Positions 9,940 through 18,084 of a stretch of DNA of 64,000 nt are shown one piece after another; the first letter of the stretch is position 1; the number at the start of each line of letters is the position of its first letter. The stretch comes from Bdellovibrionota bacterium (lineage in GTDB: Bacteria; Bdellovibrionota; UBA2428). The notes under the pieces are model-generated. The model did not search any database, was not told the DNA's origin, and worked only from the letters and a program-made list of their open reading frames with translations. The stretch covers positions 148,669 through 212,668 of the forward strand of contig JBGSZX010000031.1 of NCBI GenBank assembly GCA_041750195.1. The letters are read 5' to 3'. The position numbers and the translations under genes were made by a program.

Positions 9940-11562
9940 CTATCTCAAGAATCTTTTTACTAGACTGTTAGTTTTGTGAACCTGACCACGAAGAGTCGTG
10001 TCAGCTGTTCTAACAAAACCTGGGTTCGTTCCGAAGCCGGGAAGGATGCGGTCAAATACTGAACCGGCGTTTGTTGTTGCTTCGCTTAGGCTGAATCCAG
10101 CATTCAAGGCGCTAGCCGCTTTGACGGCAGCAGCAGGGTCGACCATTCCGTTGCTAGTGACTTTACCTTCTAGAGAGCTGCGAAAGCTCGCAGTTTTTTG
10201 AAGAATTTCTTTGGCTTGAGCGGGGGTCAATTTCTCGTTTGCTGAGAACATGGCCGAAGCGACACCAGCAACATAAGGAGAGGCCATTGAAGTTCCGCTC
10301 ATTTTAACTCTGTTGTTGTTTGGCGCAAGCGATGGAACGGCTACGCCCCAAGCTCCAAGGTTTACAAAACGAGAGTTGTAGTTTGAAAAGTCAGCTAGAA
10401 CTCCTTCTTTAGTTGTTGCAGCTACGGTGATCACGTTTGCATTATCAGCTGAACAGTTTGCTGGAACAACTTCATTGATAGCGTTGTTTCCCGCATTGGG
10501 GACTTGCATTTCGCCGTCATTTCCGGCTGCAATAACAAACAATGTGTTTGGATTGCTTTTGAACAAGAAGTTCCAATTTTTTTGCGAGTTATCGTAGATA
10601 GTGAGAAGCAAGTTGTAGTTAGCTTTTTGAGTTGCGTTCATCGCCAAATCTTTTGGTAATGAGTTCTTTTTAAGATACTCAGTCCAAATGGCATCGAGTC
10701 TCATTTTCCAAGTGACTTTGGCAAAACCAAGGCTCAAGTTTGCAACGCGAGCACCTGTTGTACGTAGGTAGCGAGAGGTCAATTGTTTTTCAGTTAGGTC
10801 TTCTTTGGCGCTATCTTTTACATATTGGTTGATTCCGTCAGTATCGTCGAACACGCTAGCGGGTTTAGTGGTAGCAGCAGAGTCGTCGGATGCTATAGTT
10901 GCTGCGTTTCTATTTACCAAAGCTATGAGGCCTTTGCTAAAATTTTCGTATCCAGAATTGAGTGAAGCTGGCGCAGACATGGAGCCTGCATCATTGGATT
11001 CTTCTTCTTCTTCTTTAGATGAAGTGAAAATATTGGCACTTGCTACAAGAGCATTTTTGTTTCCGTAGGTTGAGATAATTCCAGCAACGTGAGTTCCGTG
11101 TGATTTTCCAAGAACCCAGCTCATGGCACTTGCCGTATCTGGATTTCCGTAGACGAGTTCAATGGCTTCTTTGTCGCCCTCTTCGATTTTATTGTAGAGC
11201 TCAAGAAGTTGAGAAACGGTCGCATTGTTCTTTTCAAAAACAGAGCTAACATGTGCTGGGAAAAATTCTGAGTCGTTAGAGATTAAATTCCAGCCAGAAA
11301 CATCATCAACAAATCCGTTTCTGTCGTCATCATAATTTTTGTTGCCGGAAGACTCTAGTGGATTCACAAGTGAACGATTTTTGAGTTCAAAATGCGAAAG
11401 GTCAACACCCTCGTCAATCACTATCACGTGATCTTTGCTGGCAGCCATGGCAGCCGTGCTAAGCAAAAATGAAATTGCTACCACGCTGGTAATTGCACTG
11501 GTTTTTGCAATGAGGCTAAGTGTTGATGTTCCCCCGTTTATGTTTAATTTATTTTCCACCAT
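9940..11562 (-). CDS. subtilisin-like serine protease (peptidase S8), secreted
   Basis: S8 catalytic triad contexts: VIVIDEGVD (Asp), HGTHVAGIIS (His), GTSMASPYVAGVAS (Ser). Signal peptide is clean from ATG 11562 (MVENKLNINGGTSTLSLIAKTSAITSVVAISFLLSTAAMA); the longest ORF reaches 11649. Confidence 0.85.
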   Translation of the reverse strand: MVENKLNINGGTSTLSLIAKTSAITSVVAISFLLSTAAMAASKDHVIVIDEGVDLSHFELKNRSLVNPLESSGNKNYDDDRNGFVDDVSGWNLISNDSEFFPAHVSSVFEKNNATVSQLLELYNKIEEGDKEAIELVYGNPDTASAMSWVLGKSHGTHVAGIISTYGNKNALVASANIFTSSKEEEEESNDAGSMSAPASLNSGYENFSKGLIALVNRNAATIASDDSAATTKPASVFDDTDGINQYVKDSAKEDLTEKQLTSRYLRTTGARVANLSLGFAKVTWKMRLDAIWTEYLKKNSLPKDLAMNATQKANYNLLLTIYDNSQKNWNFLFKSNPNTLFVIAAGNDGEMQVPNAGNNAINEVVPANCSADNANVITVAATTKEGVLADFSNYNSRFVNLGAWGVAVPSLAPNNNRVKMSGTSMASPYVAGVASAMFSANEKLTPAQAKEILQKTASFRSSLEGKVTSNGMVDPAAAVKAASALNAGFSLSEATTNAGSVFDRILPGFGTNPGFVRTADTTLRGQVHKTNSLVKRFLR

Positions 11563-11776
11563 GTAAGAGGTTATGGGGCATAAGCCATCAATTTGGCAGT
11601 TAAAACTTCTGTACAAGGAGGCATGAAAGTCTACGAAAGAAATAGTCACGAAAATACATGTTCTTAATGCTGGGCGTTGATAACTTGTCCACAGACGCGC
11701 AGCATCAATCAGGTGGTGAATTTACTGCGATAAACTGCTCAGATGACTTCTCCTGAGGTAGGAAGGAGGAAGCGTT

Positions 11777-12454
11777 ATGTTTGGATTATCGGAAGCTGAT
11801 ATCATCGCGTGGTTTGCAAGCAAGGCTTATGAGCCGATGTTCGTGTATAGTACGATTGTTTTTTTTATGTTTGCTAGCAGTTTTGGCTTGCCGCTTCCCG
11901 AAGAAATCACTCTTATTTCGGCCGGACTTGTAGGGCATGTGGCCATGCACCCTGAGCTTTACGATCATCCGTCTGGGCTTGGCGCTCCTGTAAATTTATA
12001 TGTTTTGGCTTCGGTATGTTTTCTCGCCGTGGTGGTTAGCGATGTTGTTATTTTTATGCTGGGAAGGCATGGCGGTCGCTGGTTATTTGATAGGCCAAGA
12101 TTTAGACATTTTCCCGAGAAAGATAGTTTTAGGCGGGTCCAACGCTGGACAATGAGATACGGATATTGGGCGAGTGGAATTTTTAGATTCACGCCTGGGC
12201 TTCGTTTCCCCGGTCACATGGCTTGTGGAATGCTAGGCGTTCCTACCTGGAAATTTTTGGCGATTGATGGCACGGCAGCGCTGATTTCTGTGCCAACTCA
12301 AATCATATTGATTGGCTATTATGGCGATGTCATTTTGGCCAACTTTCGCATTGTGAAATTTGTTATTTTGGGAATTGTTGCTGCTTTAGCAGTGTATGCC
12401 TTGTTTAAAAAATGGCCACAATGGAAATTGCGCTTTCGTTCCCGCCAAAATTAG
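11777..12454 (+). CDS. DedA/TVP38 family membrane protein
   Basis: DedA-type N-terminal segment ...FGLPLPEEITLISAGL... and overall multi-TM architecture, about 225 aa. Confidence 0.6.
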   Translation: MFGLSEADIIAWFASKAYEPMFVYSTIVFFMFASSFGLPLPEEITLISAGLVGHVAMHPELYDHPSGLGAPVNLYVLASVCFLAVVVSDVVIFMLGRHGGRWLFDRPRFRHFPEKDSFRRVQRWTMRYGYWASGIFRFTPGLRFPGHMACGMLGVPTWKFLAIDGTAALISVPTQIILIGYYGDVILANFRIVKFVILGIVAALAVYALFKKWPQWKLRFRSRQN

Positions 12455-12545
12455 TTTTTGAGTCGGCTAGGGAGTCAAAATTTTTCTGGTCTCATGGCTG
12501 TAAATTCGCAAGTAGCCTGCAAAAAATATTTTTTATACTGCTACA

Positions 12546-13490
12546 ATGAACCTTGTGAAAAAAATATTTCAGCTTCGAATATGGATTTTTGTGTTGCTAG
12601 CAATGTTTTCCCAAATTGGGCAGGCCTTAGAATGCAAAGACGCAAAGGCGGATTTCGAAAAAGCTTCCCATAGTAAAAACGATTCCGAGAGACTTTTGGA
12701 GGTAGAAGCGCTTCATAATGACATTCTTGAACTTGTAAGCATGCCCGATCAATATCAGGGTAAGCCGAAAAGTTATTGGCAAGAATGTTTGAATCAAAAA
12801 GTAGCAGCCTTGAATCAACACATCGCTTTGTCGAGTGATAAGTTGCGAGACAATCCGGACTTCCATGTTTTGTTGGCGTCGAACTTTGAAATGCGCGGTG
12901 ATTATGGCAAGGCGTATTATCATGGAAAGCAGGCCATCAAAAAACTTCCTAAAGATTACAATTTAAGATTGAGGGTTTTTCATTTGTGGTTGATGAGCCA
13001 AAAGGTTTTGCTCGATATCGAAAAGAGTCGCAATCAGGCAGGACGCACTCAAAGCATGTTAGCGCTAGGTGATAAGCGTGAATTCGAAAAGCAAGTTGAA
13101 TTTTTTCTGGGACAGATCATCCGCGACAACAAAGCCGACAATGGCGACAAGGTTGCGGCCTATAGGGTGAGAGCCGCGTACTATGAGTCGATTGCAAGAA
13201 TTGTGGATGCGGCCGAAGATTGGGAAAGTATTGTGGCGTTGGATTTAAAGGATGTCGCCTCGCTAAAAAAGATTGCAGCCTTTGAGCTTTCACGCAGCCG
13301 AAAGGTAGAAGCACAGAAGTTATTAGAAAAGGTCCTACGCGTTCTCCCCAGCGACCTAGGCGCCAACAAAAAGCTCATAGAGCTCTACCTAGACCGCCGC
13401 GAAGTCGACCGCGCCAAACAGCAACTCTCCCTAGCCATGCGCTACTACCCCGACGACCCAGATTTGATGGAACTCAAGAAGAAGATGTAG
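12546..13490 (+). CDS. TPR-repeat secreted protein
   Basis: Signal peptide (MNLVKKIFQLRIWIFVLLAMFSQIGQA) followed by helical repeat content with TPR-like periodicity (Y..G....A......A.). Confidence 0.45.
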   Translation: MNLVKKIFQLRIWIFVLLAMFSQIGQALECKDAKADFEKASHSKNDSERLLEVEALHNDILELVSMPDQYQGKPKSYWQECLNQKVAALNQHIALSSDKLRDNPDFHVLLASNFEMRGDYGKAYYHGKQAIKKLPKDYNLRLRVFHLWLMSQKVLLDIEKSRNQAGRTQSMLALGDKREFEKQVEFFLGQIIRDNKADNGDKVAAYRVRAAYYESIARIVDAAEDWESIVALDLKDVASLKKIAAFELSRSRKVEAQKLLEKVLRVLPSDLGANKKLIELYLDRREVDRAKQQLSLAMRYYPDDPDLMELKKKM

Positions 13491-14655
13491 CTAGGACTTT
13501 TTGTCGGATTGGGAGATAAAGAAAAATGTGTACGATAACAAACACTGCTGCAAGATAGTAGCACTGTTGGATGCCCAGTGTTTTGTAAATTTTTAAGCAA
13601 AGCACCTGACCGCTAAGTACACCGATGTCAATTGCAACTGATCTAAACGTCTCTACTCTGCCTTTAATGTCATTAGGTGTCTGAAAGGCGATGAAGGCAT
13701 TGTTTGCGGGGGCTAGAAAATTCATTCCGACTGAAAGAGTGGCGATTGGTATTAAAATATAAAACGTGGAGATGTTTGCGTTTAGAAAATGTGAAGCAAC
13801 CAACACGGCCGTCCCAATACAAAGTTTTGTAGCCAAAGTTAAATTGACGTTTTGTAGATAGATGCTAGCTCCAAGCGACGCAACTCTGTTTGAAATTCCT
13901 TTTAATGCCACAAATGTGTCGGATAAGTTGAGGCTAGTTTTTAACAAGGGAATGACTAACGCTTGGTGGAATCCATGTGAAACGCCAAGGATCATCTGAG
14001 CTATTACAGGCAATAAAACATTAGGATTCGCAGAACAAAATTTAGCTCCTTCATACCATTCAAAAAACAAGTTGTGTTTTTTGGGTGGTATCACAGATTT
14101 CTCTTTTTTTATTGATAGAAAAATAATCGCCCCGGAAACGATGAAGCTGAGAGCGTCCACAGAAAGTAAGACCGCATAGCTAACTTTTGATATGAAGGTG
14201 GATGCAAAGGTGCTGCCTATTATACCCCCGATAAAAATAGCAATGCTTAGACCGTTCAGTCCCTTAAAAATTTCTTTGTAAGATCCTCCGGTATGTTTTG
14301 CAGTTAAGGATCTAAGGAGTGATGTGTGGTACAGGGAAAGTGCAGCAATTGTGCCGGCTCCAGATAGAAGTAGAGTTAAGTTTTCAGTAATTGTCGCATA
14401 AATTAGTAGTGAAGAACAAAGAACTGAAAGCATTTCTATAAAAATTAGAGATTTTAATTGTGAATATCTATCAATAAAGAATGGAATCAGCATCCCGCCC
14501 ACAAAAAAACCGATAGATTCAACAATTTCTCCGGTGATCACATCTGCGGGCGAGTTGTTGATGTGTAAAATTGCAAGAGCTAGCGCCGCGTATCTAAAAG
14601 AGTTTCCAAACTCACTTATGGACCTAGCAAGAGCTAATCGATTTTTAATCTGCAT
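13474..14655 (-). CDS. MFS-type transporter (about 12 TM)
   Basis: 393 aa and highly hydrophobic, with two halves of six predicted TM helices each. No specific subfamily recognised. Confidence 0.5.
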   Translation of the reverse strand: MQIKNRLALARSISEFGNSFRYAALALAILHINNSPADVITGEIVESIGFFVGGMLIPFFIDRYSQLKSLIFIEMLSVLCSSLLIYATITENLTLLLSGAGTIAALSLYHTSLLRSLTAKHTGGSYKEIFKGLNGLSIAIFIGGIIGSTFASTFISKVSYAVLLSVDALSFIVSGAIIFLSIKKEKSVIPPKKHNLFFEWYEGAKFCSANPNVLLPVIAQMILGVSHGFHQALVIPLLKTSLNLSDTFVALKGISNRVASLGASIYLQNVNLTLATKLCIGTAVLVASHFLNANISTFYILIPIATLSVGMNFLAPANNAFIAFQTPNDIKGRVETFRSVAIDIGVLSGQVLCLKIYKTLGIQQCYYLAAVFVIVHIFLYLPIRQKVLATSSS

Positions 14656-14658
14656 TAT

Positions 14659-15414
14659 TTAGTCTTCGGTAAGTGGTGTACTAAGCATTATGTGAATGTT
14701 TCGAATTGGCATTTTTTCTGATTGCTGGTAACCCATTGTGTAATTTTCTCTTTGGATATTTTGAATCGATTCATAGATTTTCCACATTTGCGCTTCAATT
14801 TCTTTGGTTTGTGGAATTGTAAATCGATCAAGACTGACGTAGTTGAATTTTGTCTGACGCCAAACCGGATCATTGTTTCTGAAGAAGTTTTCTTGAGAGA
14901 TGTTTAGAACACTTGAGCGTATAGTTTGCGCATCTTGAGTCCCACTGCTCAGATATTTTTTTCGGGGATCAATTTGAATGTAGGATTTTAGTTTGGGGTT
15001 ATATTTTATTAACTCATTTTTCATGAGGTCAACTAGCGCACTTTCCACTTTGGACTCAGTATAATTGAGAACTTTTAACTCAGAAGATTTTATGGGTCTA
15101 ATGGCCGCACAGTAGCAGATCAGGTGCAGTGGGCTTTTGTATAGAGCTTCCTCCTGGGTTGGTGTTAATATTTCCTGTGGGGCTATTTTAGTTTCAGTTT
15201 TTTTAAGTAAGAGCGCGGGGGACACCTGAGCCATTTGACACAAGGTAAAGAATTGCTCCAGAGTCATATTTGATTTTCCTGAAAGTAGGTGAGACACGGC
15301 AGATTGTTTAATTCCTAGCGCGTCTCCAATGCTTTGCTGGGTGATTTTTTCCTCTAATAACAACATTTTAAGCTCACTGATTAGGGTTACTGCAATCTTT
15401 TTTTGATAAATCAT
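14659..15414 (-). CDS. XRE-family helix-turn-helix transcriptional regulator
   Basis: N-terminal HTH_XRE signature QQSIGDALGIKQSAVSHLLSGKSNMTLEQFFTL. The C-terminal ~170 aa is of unknown function. Confidence 0.6.
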   Translation of the reverse strand: MIYQKKIAVTLISELKMLLLEEKITQQSIGDALGIKQSAVSHLLSGKSNMTLEQFFTLCQMAQVSPALLLKKTETKIAPQEILTPTQEEALYKSPLHLICYCAAIRPIKSSELKVLNYTESKVESALVDLMKNELIKYNPKLKSYIQIDPRKKYLSSGTQDAQTIRSSVLNISQENFFRNNDPVWRQTKFNYVSLDRFTIPQTKEIEAQMWKIYESIQNIQRENYTMGYQQSEKMPIRNIHIMLSTPLTED

Positions 15415-15503
15415 TAAGATATTATACTCATTTTATTGATTGAGTTAATTGATTCAGTGAATATTATATTGACCAGATTAATGACGCCCCGTAGAAAGGC
15501 GTC

Positions 15504-15671
15504 ATGAAAAATACTTTAACAACCTTACTTTTAATACTTTCTATATTTTCAATGGCTCCTGGTGCATTCGCCGCTGGAGACGATAGCGAGAGTGCTCAAA
15601 ACGATCCCGGTAAAAATGCTGAAAAACCAGTGGTCATTTCTCATGGTGGTGAAGATTCCGGTCCCAAATAA
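15504..15671 (+). CDS. small secreted peptide (55 aa), not in the ORF track
   Basis: ATG at 15504 reads MKNTLTTLLLILSIFSMAPGAFA|AGDDSESAQNDPGKNAEKPVVISHGGEDSGPK, then stop. This is a canonical Sec signal plus a ~32-aa acidic mature peptide. It is divergent from the XRE regulator and below the 60-aa track cutoff. Confidence 0.3.
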   Translation: MKNTLTTLLLILSIFSMAPGAFAAGDDSESAQNDPGKNAEKPVVISHGGEDSGPK

Positions 15672-15894
15672 TAAATAAAAAAAGCCCTGGCCGGTGGATA
15701 CTCGAAGGTTGAAGTTCTTGGCGGAACGACCTTCAGACATCTTTAGGAGCCAGAGCTTGGAAACTGCATTGTGCCCAAGCTCTACTACCTAGGTCAAGGT
15801 TTAAATAAGTAAGTCATCCAAAAAAGTTACAAAAAAGCGCTATTTGTGGCGGATGGTTTCGGCTTGCTTAAGAACTAAAACACGGAGGTGGTGT

Positions 15895-16629
15895 ATGAAA
15901 TCTAATGACCCAAACGAGCGGTTGATGGCGGAAACCAGGCGATTTGCTCATGATCTTAGGGGCCCAGTGCTGGCCCTGCAAAGTGTCTTGAAGGCGCAAA
16001 GCTCTGGGGGTGGGGGCGCTGAATATAATGACATCTTGGAGCAATCGACAGAACGTTTGCTGCAAATGTCGCAGGATTTACTTAGGGTCTTTAAAACTCC
16101 GAGCTATCCCAATCCTAGTAACAAAAGAGAATTGATTAGTATTGTATTTTTAAGGCGAATTTTGCGGAAAAGCCTTCAAGAATTTTTACTTTTCAATTCT
16201 CATTCTCAAACAAAGATTTGCTTTAAAGATTTTACAAAAATTCAAATGCATCATGATCATTCACATAGTGGAAAACAAAGCGTCATAGTGGCCTGTAAAA
16301 CAGACCTAGAAAGAATTTTTCTAAATCTTTTAACAAATTCATTTGAGGCCTGCGAAGAACGACTGAATTCAAAAGTTTTGGTGACTTCATATATAGACGA
16401 ACAATCACTTAAAATCGAAATTCAAGATAATGGCTGTGGAATGAGTGACGATGAAATTGGCTTGGCCCTAGACGGCATTTCTTCAAAAACTAATGGTAAC
16501 GGAATTGGCCTTTCGAGCGCCATTTCAACTTTGGATGAATGGGGTGCCAGATTGGATGTTGAAAGCCAAAAGGGCATGGGCACTACGGTCATATTTTCGT
16601 TCCCGATGGAACATCAAACAATTAACTAA
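15895..16629 (+). CDS. sensor-less (soluble) histidine kinase
   Basis: H-box FAHDLRGPV near the N-terminus, and HATPase_c motifs (ERIFLNLLTNSFEA, IQDNGCGMSDDEIG, GNGIGLS). No TM or sensor domain. Start at ATG 15895 with GGAGG 6 nt upstream; the track ORF begins at 15844. Confidence 0.7.
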   Translation: MKSNDPNERLMAETRRFAHDLRGPVLALQSVLKAQSSGGGGAEYNDILEQSTERLLQMSQDLLRVFKTPSYPNPSNKRELISIVFLRRILRKSLQEFLLFNSHSQTKICFKDFTKIQMHHDHSHSGKQSVIVACKTDLERIFLNLLTNSFEACEERLNSKVLVTSYIDEQSLKIEIQDNGCGMSDDEIGLALDGISSKTNGNGIGLSSAISTLDEWGARLDVESQKGMGTTVIFSFPMEHQTIN

Positions 16630-16647
16630 TTTAAAGGGTGGATATTT

Positions 16648-17337
16648 ATGAAAACATTTAAAACAATTTTTATTTCAGCATTGGCAGTCATGAGCTTTGG
16701 AGTACAGGCAAAAACAAAAGTTTCGGTATCAAAATTTGAAAACAAGGTCGGTGATAGCAATTGCCGAGACCAACATTGGGATTATTGGGAACGAAACTTG
16801 GGCACAGCGTTTCAAGAAATGCTTATGACCAAACTTACTGAAGACGATCGCCTAGAGCTTCTAGATAGAGAAAACATCAAGAATATGTATGAGCAAGAAT
16901 TCAATCTTGTAAATTCTGAAGAAGCGACAACTCGTGAACGAGGTAAGTTTAAAAGTGCCGACATTGCTTTTGTTGGTGCCGTTACGGAATTCGAATTTTG
17001 TAATAGCAAAAATGGCGCCTCGGTGGATGTTGGCAAGATCATCGGATTTGGAAGTCTCAAACTTGGTGGAAAATCTGCTAGTGCGAAAGTTGCTGTCGAT
17101 ATTCGTGCCGTAGATGTTCGAACGGGGGCCATCCTGGCTTCGGTTAGAGGCGAGGGCAAAACAAAAGAAGGTGGACTGGATATTGGTCTTGATATTGGGG
17201 CCTTAGATTTTGATTTGAATTCTGCAAAGAAGTCTCCACTTGGGAAGGCCTCAAGAGAGGCCATTGAAGAGGCGACTGATAGGCTGATGAATAAGCTGGG
17301 CAAACGAATCAACGCCACTACTGTAAGCGCAAGGTAA
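16648..17337 (+). CDS. CsgG-family (curli secretion channel-like) lipoprotein
   Basis: Signal peptide, then a KVSVSKFENKVG...ELLDRENI...ADIAFVGAVTEF...AKVAVDIRAVDVRTGAILASV pattern. This matches the CsgG/Lpp20-like family consensus (VAV.pF.N....ERe.l......a..GAdy...G.it......v.vd.RlvdV.TGei). No CsgA/B/E/F genes are nearby. Confidence 0.5.
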   Translation: MKTFKTIFISALAVMSFGVQAKTKVSVSKFENKVGDSNCRDQHWDYWERNLGTAFQEMLMTKLTEDDRLELLDRENIKNMYEQEFNLVNSEEATTRERGKFKSADIAFVGAVTEFEFCNSKNGASVDVGKIIGFGSLKLGGKSASAKVAVDIRAVDVRTGAILASVRGEGKTKEGGLDIGLDIGALDFDLNSAKKSPLGKASREAIEEATDRLMNKLGKRINATTVSAR

Positions 17338-17378
17338 TTTGTAAACTAATCCCAAGATTCTCCTGCTTGGGTGGTGTA

Positions 17379-17414
17379 AGTAGGCTTCTCTTGCGAGGGG
17401 CCTACTTTTTTTTG
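17379..17414 (+). terminator. rho-independent terminator after the CsgG-like gene
   Basis: Stem AGTAGGC / GCCTACT with ~14-nt loop, followed by T8. Confidence 0.6.
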
Positions 17415-18073
17415 TTTTTATGCTTGGGGTTAGCAGCTAGGGTTTTGTTTGGGTCATTTGCTGCTTGCCATTTTTCTAGCAGGCCTTCTTCTTCGACTTT
17501 ATCATTTACGGCGTCACGACAGCGTTCAAAGGCCCGTTTCATTTTCTCGTAATCAATAATTAACGAGTTTGAGTCCCAACTCGTAATGCTAGATGGAAAA
17601 GTACAAAGTTCAGGCATTTCGTCTAAGCATCCATAGAATTTAATTTTATTGACCACATCTTTGTGAGCTATTCCGGGATATTCAATATGTGCATCGTTAT
17701 TGCGGCCGGATGAAAATCTAATGGTAAGATCGGCATCGGGTGCACAATTCATTTCAGATACTATGATGGCAAGATCGTTTCTAACTTTTTCTTGATCAAG
17801 GTTTGTTAAATTAGAGTAAATCCTTTTGCAAAATGAAATGGTGTCGGGTTCTTGAGCAGTTTTTTGGCTTAGATCTAAGGTAAGGTATGGTGGATCATTC
17901 GGGTTCTTGGCTTCTTTTTTTTGTAGGACATCTTTGTACTCACATTTGTGACCTTGCATAGGAACTTTAGAGAGGTCTACGGAATACATCTTGAAATTTA
18001 CTTTCATAGCATTGGCACTAATTCCCAAAAATATTGCGAGGTTGATGGCGATGGCTTTAATGAAAGTTTGCAT
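17402..18073 (-). CDS. hypothetical secreted protein
   Basis: Signal peptide (MQTFIKAIAINLAIFLGISANA). Several Cys residues. No recognisable family. Confidence 0.4.
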   Translation of the reverse strand: MQTFIKAIAINLAIFLGISANAMKVNFKMYSVDLSKVPMQGHKCEYKDVLQKKEAKNPNDPPYLTLDLSQKTAQEPDTISFCKRIYSNLTNLDQEKVRNDLAIIVSEMNCAPDADLTIRFSSGRNNDAHIEYPGIAHKDVVNKIKFYGCLDEMPELCTFPSSITSWDSNSLIIDYEKMKRAFERCRDAVNDKVEEEGLLEKWQAANDPNKTLAANPKHKNKKK

Positions 18074-18084
18074 TTTGCATTCCC

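Noticed and set aside
16812-17318. 168-aa minus-strand ORF rich in Ser/Ala/Pro
   Set aside because: It lies entirely inside and antisense to the CsgG-like gene, has no start context, and has a low-complexity composition typical of shadow frames.
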